The position numbers and the translations under genes were made by a program. A stretch of 52,181 nucleotides of DNA from Alphaproteobacteria bacterium. GTDB taxonomy: Bacteria; Pseudomonadota; Alphaproteobacteria; CAAHEQ01; UBA3637. The notes below the pieces were generated by a model that made no database searches, was not told the origin of the DNA, and was given only the letters and a program-made list of their open reading frames with translations. Shown here one piece after another: positions 18,938 to 29,700 of the stretch (the first letter of the stretch is position 1; every line of letters begins with the position of its first letter). The DNA is taken from the NCBI GenBank assembly GCA_045605805.1, contig JAZUQR010000030.1, forward strand, positions 1 through 52,181, written 5' to 3'.

Positions 18938-19065
18938 AAAAAACTCCTTCATATTAAAATATGACACTTTTGTGACAATTCTATTATATAAGAAAAATAT
19001 CTTTTTGCAACAAAAAAAGCACCCTTCTAAACGAAAGGCACTTTTTACTGTGTTTTCAAATCAAG

Positions 19066-20454
19066 TCAGTATTGCACCTTATATTCCAATACAGCCTTGC
19101 CCTTTGGCGGCACCACCACCAACCATTTTAAGGTATTAGAGGTCACTTTTTCCGACTTTACAGTTTCCGATAACAGCTTAAAGTTATCTGGAAAATCCAG
19201 CATCAATTGAACAGTCACTTCTTTGGCTCCACCATTTTTGAAAACAACCTCGTAAGCAGCATTCTTAAGCTTATCGGATACGCTGTGGACTTGTGTCCGT
19301 TTCATATCAGCCGACACATTAAAGGCCTCTCCCAAACGCAAACGAACCACTTCGTTTTCTGCCTTATGCGGAACAGTATCTTCACCCACAAAATGCATAT
19401 TATGCCCTGCATCTTCTTTATAAAAGCGTACAATTCCTTTTGGCAAAGGCTTGCCCAAATGATTCAGTGTTGTATTTTCAAAGGATACATACACTGCCGG
19501 CTTCATCTCTTTTTTCTCTGTCGCAGAAACCGTAAAGGGACGATTGAACTCGTAAGTCTTAGTCACACCCACATCATCAACCGAAAAAAGAGCCACCTGT
19601 TTGGTCTGATTAGAAAGCAAATCCGTTTTATGCGGCACAGTATAAATATAAAAATCAGACAAAGACTCGGCCGTCATATTATCACTCGCAACAGCATAGT
19701 TCATCGCCACCATACCGTCATAATATCTCAGTTTAGACTCCGGTTCTCGTGCGATATTCACATCACCGGCCACCAATTGCAACAAAGCATTTTTATACGC
19801 TGCCCCGGAATGGTTTTGTAAAGTCACAAAAGCATTCAAAGCCATCTGTGTTTCATCTTCATTCAATTTAGCAACATAATCGGCCTTCCACGAAAGACCT
19901 TGGGTTAAATAATCCAACTCAACCGTTTCCTGAGTTTGTTTGTCCGATTCAACCACCACCGACAAAGTTGGCTCTGCCCGCAAATCAGCCGGCACAGAAT
20001 CAAAAACAATCCGCCCTGGGTAATCTGTTTCTATCTTGTTGCCAATTTTCAAAACAGGTTTGTCATTATAGGCTAATAAAGTGGCAATACCTCGTTGCGC
20101 CTTGCCTGTCACAGGGTCAATATATTCTGTGGTCACTTGATGTCCCACAGACTTTTTAAGTAAAGCCTCTTTTGTCAATAAATCATAATTAAAGTTTTGT
20201 TCTTTTGTTAAAAGACCATTTCCTTTTAACAAGGCCGTTTGAGGCATTATATTGGCCGACACCCCTTGAAAAGCAAGGGTATTCTCACCCATAGATAACG
20301 CAACCTCTCTTTCGTCTTTAATCAAAGCCCGCCCCTGATTATAAATGGTCACATTGACACCCACTTGGGAAGAAACAGGCACAATCACTTCACCGGCCAA
20401 CGCCACGCAAGAACTGCCCAAAAGCAACAATAAAGATAACGATAACGATTTCAT
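19066..20454 (-). CDS. DUF4139/DUF4140 domain exported protein
   Basis: VTIYNQGRALIKDER, LDYLTQGLSWKADY, LPKGIVRFY; signal peptide. Confidence 0.85.
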   Translation of the reverse strand: MKSLSLSLLLLLGSSCVALAGEVIVPVSSQVGVNVTIYNQGRALIKDEREVALSMGENTLAFQGVSANIMPQTALLKGNGLLTKEQNFNYDLLTKEALLKKSVGHQVTTEYIDPVTGKAQRGIATLLAYNDKPVLKIGNKIETDYPGRIVFDSVPADLRAEPTLSVVVESDKQTQETVELDYLTQGLSWKADYVAKLNEDETQMALNAFVTLQNHSGAAYKNALLQLVAGDVNIAREPESKLRYYDGMVAMNYAVASDNMTAESLSDFYIYTVPHKTDLLSNQTKQVALFSVDDVGVTKTYEFNRPFTVSATEKKEMKPAVYVSFENTTLNHLGKPLPKGIVRFYKEDAGHNMHFVGEDTVPHKAENEVVRLRLGEAFNVSADMKRTQVHSVSDKLKNAAYEVVFKNGGAKEVTVQLMLDFPDNFKLLSETVKSEKVTSNTLKWLVVVPPKGKAVLEYKVQY

Positions 20455-20563
20455 ATAACCTCCCCCTTTTTTTTATCAAGTTAACACAAAGAATCCAAAG
20501 AATCAAGTCTTTTTTTTAAGGCAAAGAGTTGTTTTTTTTCAAAAAATAAAGTAAAATACCCTT

Positions 20564-21859
20564 ATGACAGGTTTATTTGAAACATTGGCACACAAGCCAC
20601 TGGCCGACAAAATGCGTCCTAACCGTTTGAACGAAGTGGTGGGGCAATCTCACCTGTTGGGCGAAAAAGCCCCACTGGCCCGCATGATCCAAAACCAATC
20701 ATTATCCAGTTTTATTCTTTGGGGTCCCCCTGGCTGTGGCAAAACAACAATCGCCCGCATTTTGGCCGAACAAACAAATCTTCACTTTGAACAATTATCG
20801 GCTGTTTTTTCTGGTGTAGCAGATTTACGCAAAGTCTTTGACGAAGCCAAACGCAAACGTATGGCCGGACAAGGCACACTGCTGTTTGTGGACGAAATCC
20901 ACCGTTTTAATCGGGCGCAACAAGATGGCTTTTTGCCCTATGTGGAAGACGGCACAATTATTTTGGTGGGCGCAACCACAGAAAACCCCAGTTTTGAACT
21001 AAACGGTGCTTTGCTGTCCCGTTGTAAAGTGTTTGTGTTAAATCGCTTAAATGACGAAGCATTACAAGAACTGGCCACCCGAGCCGAACAAATTATGCAA
21101 AAACCCTTGCCTTTGGATGATATCGGGCGTAGCTATCTTATTTCTTTGGCTGATGGAGATGGACGCTATTTCATCAACTTGATAGAAGCAGTTTATCAAT
21201 ATGCCACACAGGATGAAATCTTGGATAAAAACGAACTTGAAAAACTGCTGCAAAAAAGATTACCCAACTATGATAAAGACCGAGAAAGTCATTACAATTT
21301 AATTTCGGCCCTTCATAAATCCTTGCGAGGATCCGATCCGGATGCTGGTCTTTACTGGCTGGCCCGTATGGTCACCGCAGGCGAAGATATGAAATATATT
21401 CTGCGTCGCCTTACCCGCTTTGCTTCGGAAGATGTTGGGCTGGCCGATCCACAGGCTCTTGTCCAAGCCATCAATGCATGGAACAGCTATGAACGGCTTG
21501 GCTCACCGGAAGGTGATTTGGCTGTGGCAGGATTGGTAGTCTATCTGGCAACCGCCCCAAAATCAATTGGCGTATATCGTGCATGGAAACAAGCTGTTCA
21601 AATGGCAAAAGAAACAGACAGTCTGATGCCTCCAAAACACATTTTGAACGCCCCCACAAAATTGATGTCAGAAATCGGTTATGCCAAAGGTTATCAATAT
21701 GACCCCGACACAAAAGACGGTTTTTCTGGTCAAGAGTATTTTCCGGACGAACTTAAACATCAAACTTTTTACAAACCGGCCGAACGGGGATTTGAACGAG
21801 AAATCCAAAAACGCTTAGATTATTGGAACAACCTGCGCAAAAAACAAAAAAAAGCATAA
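20564..21859 (+). CDS. rarA: replication-associated recombination protein A
   Basis: PLADKMRP, GPPGCGKTT, DEIHRFN, GATTENP, SALHKSLRGSD. Confidence 0.96.
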   Translation: MTGLFETLAHKPLADKMRPNRLNEVVGQSHLLGEKAPLARMIQNQSLSSFILWGPPGCGKTTIARILAEQTNLHFEQLSAVFSGVADLRKVFDEAKRKRMAGQGTLLFVDEIHRFNRAQQDGFLPYVEDGTIILVGATTENPSFELNGALLSRCKVFVLNRLNDEALQELATRAEQIMQKPLPLDDIGRSYLISLADGDGRYFINLIEAVYQYATQDEILDKNELEKLLQKRLPNYDKDRESHYNLISALHKSLRGSDPDAGLYWLARMVTAGEDMKYILRRLTRFASEDVGLADPQALVQAINAWNSYERLGSPEGDLAVAGLVVYLATAPKSIGVYRAWKQAVQMAKETDSLMPPKHILNAPTKLMSEIGYAKGYQYDPDTKDGFSGQEYFPDELKHQTFYKPAERGFEREIQKRLDYWNNLRKKQKKA

Positions 21860-21914
21860 ACTATCCCTTGATTTTTTATTATTTTGAAGTTATGATACAA
21901 AAAAGGGAGCCTAA

Positions 21915-22892
21915 ATGACACAAGTTCAATTGATATATGTACAAGAAAACGATAACGATATCCGTCTGGACAGATGGTTTCAACGCCATTATCCCGACTT
22001 AAAACACGGTATGTTGGAACGTTTGATAAAAAATAAAAACATCAAACTCAACAAACAAAAAACATCGGCCAGCGCACATGTGCATACGGGTGATGAAATC
22101 CGCATCCCTCCGTTGGAAGTCAAAGAAAAAGAAAACACGCCGTTGAATCTCAGTAAAAAAGAGATTCAAATGATGCAAAAAATGGTCATTTATAAAGATA
22201 ATGAAATCCTCATTTTGAACAAACCGGCCGGACTTGCTGTACAAGGAGGCACAAAAACAACCAAACATATTGATGGATTGTTGGATGCCTTGCGCTTTGA
22301 AAAGGATGAAAAACCACATTTAGTACATCGTCTGGACAAGGAAACATCTGGTGTGTTGGTTTTGGCTCGTTCTGCCAATATAGCCGCAAAAATCACCGCT
22401 GATTTCAAAACACGCTTGGTTAAAAAAGCCTATTGGGCCGTTGTATCTGGCAAACCAGCACTGCCCAGTGGCAAAATTGATGCCCCCCTAACAAAAGGCA
22501 AAGAAAAAGTATTGGTTGATTTTGAGGAAGGCGACAAAGCAATTTCGGTTTATGAAATCATAGACAATGCAGGCAAAAAAGCCTCTTGGTTGGCGCTCAG
22601 TCCTCTAACCGGCCGCACCCATCAATTGCGTGTTCATTTAACCGAGATTTTGAAAACCCCAATTTTGGGAGATACCAAATATGGCAAAAAAGAATTGGCT
22701 GGCATGGGGCAAGGGCTTCACCTTCACGCCCGAGCCATTGAAATTAAAAACCCAAAAACTGGCAAAACAATCCAAGCCATTGCCGAACTGCCCCCACATA
22801 TGAAAGAAACCTTTCAATTGTTTGGGTTTGACGAAAAAACAATTAAAAACCCACTTGACTTTCTACAAAAGGAGAAAAAATGTTCCGTCTGA
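21915..22892 (+). CDS. RluA-family pseudouridine synthase with S4 domain (RluC-like)
   Basis: RLDRW, NKPAGLAVQGG, HRLDKETSG, TGRTHQLRVH. Confidence 0.93.
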   Translation: MTQVQLIYVQENDNDIRLDRWFQRHYPDLKHGMLERLIKNKNIKLNKQKTSASAHVHTGDEIRIPPLEVKEKENTPLNLSKKEIQMMQKMVIYKDNEILILNKPAGLAVQGGTKTTKHIDGLLDALRFEKDEKPHLVHRLDKETSGVLVLARSANIAAKITADFKTRLVKKAYWAVVSGKPALPSGKIDAPLTKGKEKVLVDFEEGDKAISVYEIIDNAGKKASWLALSPLTGRTHQLRVHLTEILKTPILGDTKYGKKELAGMGQGLHLHARAIEIKNPKTGKTIQAIAELPPHMKETFQLFGFDEKTIKNPLDFLQKEKKCSV

Positions 22893-25108
22893 TAAAAAAA
22901 ATACTGTTCATCCTCTTTTTCTTGATTGTTTTAATCGGCTCATTGATTGCCATTTTCATTCTAACCTTTGACTTAAATCGCTATAAAGATTTTACCGAAA
23001 AGAAGCTGTCTGCAGCCCTGCATCGGCCTGTCACAATTGAATCAATGACCACAAAATTATCATTGGTTCCCACAATCAAAATCAATGGATTAAAGATATT
23101 AAACACAGAACCATTCCAAGAAAAAGAACCGCTGTTATATGTGCAACATATGGATGCGGAGTTGGAATTAGCCCCCTTACTCAACTCAAACATCAATATC
23201 CACAAAATTATCATTGACGAAGCCTCAATCAATTTGTATAAAGAAGGCACAAATAACAATTGGGTAAGTAAAATCCAAGAAGAAAAAGAAGAACAAAAAA
23301 AGAAAGCCTCAACAAAAAAATTAACCACAGATAACTTTCATCTGAATCTGATTTCTGTCAATAATCTAAATATATCCTATAACGAAGCAGATCAAACCGA
23401 AACACTTCAACTAAAAAAATTAAGTCTCAAAAACTTTCACATTTTATCTGGTGAAGTGATTCAAAAGAATCAAACCTTTTCATTTAACTTAAAGGCCGGT
23501 ACCATCTTTGACTTTTTGAATCAAACCCCAAACTTCCCGATTGATTTGAAAATTACATCTCGCATTCTTAACCTTAGCATCAACGGAAAAATCGGAGACT
23601 TTAACAAACTATCCGACTTGCAAGCAACCGTCACAATAGATACACAAAACTTAAAAAATGCTTGCAACTTTTTCAATATCCAAAACAAAAAGATACCGGC
23701 ACAGTCAGCCAAAGCAAAAATTCAAGCAGTTGGCGACATCAAAAAATTGACATTAAAACAGGGTAATTTGTCAATCAACGCAGCCAAAGATATGCAAATC
23801 ACAGCCCTAGGAACCATTGAAAACATCAAAACAAACCCATCTGCCACTTTGGATATCAACTTTCAATTATTAAAAGGAAAAACAAGTGATTTATGGAAAA
23901 TACAACCCATGAATATCACGGGTGATTTGCATCTTTCTCAAGATCATATTAAATCAAAACTTTTAACGGTAGATGCGAACCGTTCAGATATCCGATTGAC
24001 TTTTGATGCCACAAAAACAGAGGGAAAATATAACATAAGTACAGCGTTGGCTTCAAACTTTTTGAACATTTATGATATTTTTCAAAAGAATCAAACACAA
24101 ACCACAAAAGAAACAAAAAAAACAACCTCCACCACAAAAAACAAAGAAGTTGTTTTACCTTGGGATTTGTTAAAAAAATTCAATGTGAACTTAAATCTAA
24201 ACATCAAACATCTGCAAACACTAGATGTCATAGACGAATATATCGGCATATCCACACGGTCCACCTTATATGACGAAGTATTAACCGTTCCTTTCAAAAT
24301 TGAGGCATTAAACGGCTCAATACAAGGCACATTAAATGCAAACGCCATAAAACAAAACATCTCTTTTACAGCAAGAGGAATACACCTCAATTTAGACAAC
24401 ATTAGCCCCATTCAAAACGAAATTAAAAATATGGTGATAGACAGCCAGATTTCCGCCACAACACAAGGGGCAACACTCAACAAAGCCTTAAATAATCTGA
24501 ATGCCCAAATTGTGGCAGAAACACATCAAGGAACAATTTTGAACAAATGGTTCTCCAACCTGCCAAAGTTGTTAAATCTAACCCAAAAAAACGCTACGAC
24601 ATTCAACGCAACCGAAGTCCGAACATCCATAGAATGTGCAGCCATCAATATCAAAATCAAAAACGGCATTATCCAAGGCGATAACCAATTGGCTTTAATG
24701 ACAAATAATATAAATCTTTTGGCAGGAGGCACAATCAACCTAAATGACAAAACAATGGATATAGCCTTACATCCCTCTTTGTCTGAAAAAAGTAAAACGA
24801 ACAACTGGTTGGATTTCACAAAGTTTATTCGGATTTCTGGCCCGTTCACAAACCTAACCCCGAAAGTGGATACACAAAAAATTGCCCAAAATCTTATTGA
24901 AAAAGGCATGGAAAAAATCATACCACAACAAAACACACAATTATCCTTGTGTCAAATGGTGTTAGGTAAAGATGAGCTGATAAAAAAAGAACCAAAGCCT
25001 ACACAACAACAAACAAAACCAGAGGCTCAACCACAACCAACACAAGATAAAACACAAGAGTTCAAGCAACAGTTGATGGATTCCTTGTTCAAAGCATTGG
25101 CCCAATGA
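22880..25108 (+). CDS. AsmA family protein
   Basis: N-terminal TM, DLNRYK..LHRPVTI, C-terminal CAAINIKIKNG..GGTINL..ISGPF. Confidence 0.85.
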   Translation: MFRLIKKILFILFFLIVLIGSLIAIFILTFDLNRYKDFTEKKLSAALHRPVTIESMTTKLSLVPTIKINGLKILNTEPFQEKEPLLYVQHMDAELELAPLLNSNINIHKIIIDEASINLYKEGTNNNWVSKIQEEKEEQKKKASTKKLTTDNFHLNLISVNNLNISYNEADQTETLQLKKLSLKNFHILSGEVIQKNQTFSFNLKAGTIFDFLNQTPNFPIDLKITSRILNLSINGKIGDFNKLSDLQATVTIDTQNLKNACNFFNIQNKKIPAQSAKAKIQAVGDIKKLTLKQGNLSINAAKDMQITALGTIENIKTNPSATLDINFQLLKGKTSDLWKIQPMNITGDLHLSQDHIKSKLLTVDANRSDIRLTFDATKTEGKYNISTALASNFLNIYDIFQKNQTQTTKETKKTTSTTKNKEVVLPWDLLKKFNVNLNLNIKHLQTLDVIDEYIGISTRSTLYDEVLTVPFKIEALNGSIQGTLNANAIKQNISFTARGIHLNLDNISPIQNEIKNMVIDSQISATTQGATLNKALNNLNAQIVAETHQGTILNKWFSNLPKLLNLTQKNATTFNATEVRTSIECAAINIKIKNGIIQGDNQLALMTNNINLLAGGTINLNDKTMDIALHPSLSEKSKTNNWLDFTKFIRISGPFTNLTPKVDTQKIAQNLIEKGMEKIIPQQNTQLSLCQMVLGKDELIKKEPKPTQQQTKPEAQPQPTQDKTQEFKQQLMDSLFKALAQ

Positions 25109-25395
25109 TAACAAGACACATCTCCGTTATTGGCAGAGTACAAGGAGTCGGCTTTCGCAGATGGGCCGAAAAACATGCCATAAAAGATAATCTGTCCGGC
25201 TGGGTAAGAAATGTATCAGATGGCTCGGTTGAAATAATGATAAAAGGCCACGAGGAAGATATCAATCACTTTTTAGGTCTGTGCTGGCAAGGCCCGATCT
25301 TTTCAAATGTCATAATGGTTCAGCCGGTGACAATTCCAAAAAACACCCCCTTACCAATTGAAGAAGGGGTTTTCAAAATCGTTGCTTCGGTATAA
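25105..25395 (+). CDS. acyP: acylphosphatase
   Basis: GRVQGVGFR, GWVRN..DGSVE. Confidence 0.95.
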   Translation: MITRHISVIGRVQGVGFRRWAEKHAIKDNLSGWVRNVSDGSVEIMIKGHEEDINHFLGLCWQGPIFSNVIMVQPVTIPKNTPLPIEEGVFKIVASV

Positions 25396-25402
25396 AAAAA
25401 TC

Positions 25403-25729
25403 CTAAATCGTCACAAGGCTTTTAGGAACAGAAACATTTTTCAAATAGGCCACCGCACAGACATATTCACGCACCACAGCCCCATTGTTAGTTTCCACAA
25501 TCAAAACCTGTTTTTTTTGACGCAAAGCCTTGCGAATGGCGGGGTGAATATAATCCAACACAACAGTGTTATGATCATTTCTGTATAACAAAGCATGCTC
25601 GCCCCCATTATAAACCAGCTTGGGCAACTCTGCATCTTCCAATCGGGCCCGAATCAAAATCATCAATTGTCCTGATTCATTTTGTAAAATATTAAAGTTT
25701 TTCTCTTGTTCAATAAGCGGTATAGACAT
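25403..25729 (-). CDS. hypothetical protein
   Basis: AGGAG SD, 108-aa ORF filling the gap. Confidence 0.7.
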   Translation of the reverse strand: MSIPLIEQEKNFNILQNESGQLMILIRARLEDAELPKLVYNGGEHALLYRNDHNTVVLDYIHPAIRKALRQKKQVLIVETNNGAVVREYVCAVAYLKNVSVPKSLVTI

Positions 25730-25942
25730 TTCTACTCCTAAAAATACACTTTCAGCATAAAACAGAAAAAATCAAAAAGCAATACTTTTTTTTAGAAAAA
25801 AATCATTTTTTTGACCAACCAAAATAAAAAAAACATAAAACAAGTGTTGCACCAATAACAAAATACAAGAGACCTTTTTCCGTAAAAACCAACCTCTAAA
25901 AAACAAAAAAAGCCTTGAAAAAATCAAGGCGTTCAAAAAAGA

Positions 25943-26018
25943 TGGTGCCTGGAGACGGAATCGGACCGCCGACACAGAGATTTTCAGTCTCTTGCTCTAC
26001 CAACTGAGCTATCCAGGC
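25943..26018 (-). tRNA. tRNA-Phe(GAA)
   Basis: 76-nt cloverleaf, CTGAAAA loop, CCA; T-loop reads TCCGATT. Confidence 0.95.
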
Positions 26019-26078
26019 ACGCTGTATGGTCAATTATACACATTTTGAAATAAAATGCAACAACTTTTTTTGAAAAAA

Positions 26079-26678
26079 CTATTTTTTCTGTTCCGTCTCC
26101 CATTCGGATTTCAACTTAGACCACACATTTTTATCCCGATACATATTCCAATAAGGCGACCATTCCTCGGCCCGCATCACCCCATCCAAGTGATACCCAA
26201 GCCGTTCCGCCACATGAACAGACCGCACATTATCCACATCATTCCGAATAACCAAACGATTGAGGCCTTGTTCAAACGCCATCCTCTCCAAAATAAGCAA
26301 AGCCTCTCGCACATAGCCATGCCCACAGGCCTCCTCAGATAACCAATAACCAAACTCTGCCCAACGATTCTGTTTATCCAAGCGAAACAGCTCAACAACC
26401 CCCAAAAATTGATTCGTTTGCTTATCCCGCATCATATAGGCAAAGCCCGTTCCGGCTTCCCATCCCTTTAAGCACCAATCAATCAACCAATGTTGATATT
26501 CATCTTCGGGAGTTTGTGTATATGCCACCCACGGCAACCATTCTTGCAAAGAATCTCTGGATGCTTCCACATAACCAAACATTTCTGTGGCCAATTCCAT
26601 TGTCACAGGATACGGACGCACCAAAACAATCCGTTCACCTTCAATACGCTCCGGCATGGTAAAAGTATCAGACACCAT
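26079..26678 (-). CDS. GNAT acetyltransferase, RimJ/RimL family
   Basis: LQEWLPW, AEFGYWL..GHGY, NVRSVHVAERLGY; TTGACA-17-TATAAT promoter and SD. Confidence 0.9.
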   Translation of the reverse strand: MVSDTFTMPERIEGERIVLVRPYPVTMELATEMFGYVEASRDSLQEWLPWVAYTQTPEDEYQHWLIDWCLKGWEAGTGFAYMMRDKQTNQFLGVVELFRLDKQNRWAEFGYWLSEEACGHGYVREALLILERMAFEQGLNRLVIRNDVDNVRSVHVAERLGYHLDGVMRAEEWSPYWNMYRDKNVWSKLKSEWETEQKK

Positions 26679-26737
26679 AAAACACTCCTTGACAAATAAC
26701 AACAGGATTATAGCCCAATAACCTTTATCTGTCAAAC

Positions 26738-26768
26738 AAAAAAGCCCGACATAAAAATCGGGCTTTTT
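26738..26768 (-). terminator. terminator after nifJ
   Basis: AAAAAGCCCGA-N8-TCGGGCTTTTT. Confidence 0.8.
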
Positions 26769-26788
26769 GTTGAGGTATAACTGACCGC

Positions 26789-29700
26789 TTATTTATCTTC
26801 GCCAGCCAGTTGTTTATAAAACGCCCAACGATCATCCACTTGCTTTTGAGCCTGCTTCAACAATTCCTCATAATGTTCAGGATTTTGTTGTTTCACAAAC
26901 TTAAAGCGTGTTTCTGTTGCCATAAAGTCGGCCACAGGAATGCTTGGCTTACTGTCCAATTGGAATGGATTTTTGCCTTCTGCCTTCAAGCGTGGATCAA
27001 AGCGGTAAAGTGGCCACAAACCAGACTTCACAGCCATCTGTTGATGTTCTAAACCTTGTGTCCCAATGTCATAACCATGGGCAATACAGTGGCTGTAAGC
27101 AATAATCAAAGAAGGTCCGTTAAAGGATTCAGCTTCATTCATTGCTTTCAAAGCCTGAGCATCATTGGCACCCAAAGAAATGCTGGCCACATAAACTTCG
27201 CCAGAACTCATGGCAATAGCACCCAAGTCCTTGCGTGGCAAGCTGCTGCCAGAAACAGCAAACTTGGCAGAAGCACCAATCGGTGTAGCTTTTGATCTTT
27301 GACCACCTGTATTAGAGTAAACATTGGTATCCATCACCATAATGTTCACATTCTTACCAGAATACAACACATGGTCCAAACCACCATAGCCAATATCATA
27401 GGCCCAACCGTCACCGCCCAAAATCCAAACGGATTTTTTCACAAGATAGTCAGCATGTTCTTTTAATAATTGAACACGATCGCCACTCATCAAAGCAAGT
27501 TTTGCCTTCAAATCAGCAACCCGCTTACGTTGAGCCGCAATACCTTCTTCTGTTGTTTGATCTTGATTCAAGATACCATCAACAGTATCAGCCCCTAATT
27601 GATCTTTCAATTCGGTCAATAACTGAATAGCAAACTCGGTTTTAGAATCCACCGAAGAACGCATACCCAAACCAAATTCAGCATTGTCTTCAAACAAGCT
27701 GTTGGCCCAAGCTGGTCCACGACCGGCATCATCTTTGGCATAAGGAGTTGTCGGCAAGTTGCCCCCATAAATGGAAGAACAACCTGTGGCATTGGCCACC
27801 AACAAGCGATCACCAAACAATTGGGTCATCATCTTCACATACGGTGTTTCACCACAACCGGCACAAGCCCCCGAGAATTCAAACAAAGGACGCATCAAAG
27901 AAACACCCTTCACAGTTTTTGGATTCAATTTAGACCGATCCATATCCGGCAATTTCATAAAGAAATCAAAGTTTTTAATTTCTTGATCCACATGCTTTTC
28001 AATGGGTTCCATCGTCAAAGTATTTTTGGCTTTCATCGGACAAACTTGTGTACACAAAGAACAACCGGTACAATCTTCCGGAGCCACTTGAATCACAAAC
28101 TTATTGCCTTTGAAATCAGGTGCTTTGTAATCAGCAGACTTAAAGCCTTCCGGAGCCGAAGCCAATGCTTCTTCCGAAACCACTTTGGCACGAATAGCCG
28201 CATGAGGACACACGGCAATACATTTACCGCATTGGATACATGTTTCAGAATCCCAACAAGGCAACATAGTCGCCACACGGCGTTTTTCATATTTAGCCGT
28301 ATCTGTTGGCCAAGCCCCATCCACAGTCCATTCAAAAGCGGATACAGGCAATTCATCACCACGGCCTTCAATAATGGCACCAGTCACATTACGAATCAAT
28401 TCTGGGGCTTCACTTGGTACACCAGGTTGACGACGGATTTTGGAATCCACAGCCCCCACAGCAATTTCATGTAAATGTTCCAAAGACGCATCCACTGCTT
28501 TAATGTTGGCATCCACCACATCTTGACCTTTTTTCATATAGGTTTTGGTAATGGCTGCCTTAATCTTTTCAATGGCCACATCTTTTGGCAATACACCAGA
28601 AATAGCAAAGAAGCAAGCCTGCATAATAGTATTGATACGACGACCCATACCTGTTTTACCGGCCACATCCACAGCATCAATGGCATACATTTTAATGTTT
28701 TTATCCACAATAGTCTGTTGCACTTCACGAGGCAAACTGTTCCATACTTGATCAGCTGGTGTTTGTGTATTCAATAAGAACACAGAGTTTGGCGCAGCCA
28801 CAGCCAACAAATCAATCTTATGCAAGAAAGGTTCGTGGTGACACGCCACAAAATCAGCCGATGTAATCAAATAAGGGGCCTTAATCGGGTTTTTCCCAAA
28901 ACGCAAGTGTGATGTTGTCATCGCACCAGATTTTTTGGAATCATACACAAAATAAGCCTGACCATACATATCATCTGCATCAGCAATAATTTTAATTGAG
29001 TTCTTATTAGCACCCACAGTACCATCTGACCCCAATCCAAAGAAAATACAAGCTGTTTGATCTTTTGTTGGCAATTGATAAGAAGCATCATAAGCCAAAG
29101 AAGAATGGGTCACATCATCATTGATACCAACGGTAAAGTGATTCTTTTCCACATTTTCAAACACAGCTTTCACCATAGCAGGTGTGAACTCTTTGGAAGA
29201 AATACCATAGCGTCCACCCAATACTTTTGGCATAGCATGTCCATTGACGGCAGCTTCGGCCAAAGCAGAAACAACATCCAAGTACAAAGGTTCACCAACC
29301 GAGCCGGCTTCTTTTGTGCGATCCAAAACAGTCACATATTTCACTGTGCTTGGCAAAGCATCCACAAAGGCTTTGGATGGGAACGGACGATACAAACGCA
29401 CCGCCACAACACCATATTTACCGCCATTTGCATTCAAAGCATCAACTGTTTCGGTCAATGTTTCAACGCCCGACCCCATGGCCACAACCACATGTTCGGC
29501 ATCCGCCACACCATAGTAATCAACAATGTGATAGCTGCGCCCCGTCACTTCTTCAAACTTGCGCATACATTTTTCAACAATATCCGGACAAGCCTGATAA
29601 TACTTGTTGGCCGCTTCTTTAATTTGGAAGAACACATCCGCATTTTGGGCTGTACCGCAAATCTTTGGATGATCTGGTGTCAAAGCATTCTTTCCTGTAA

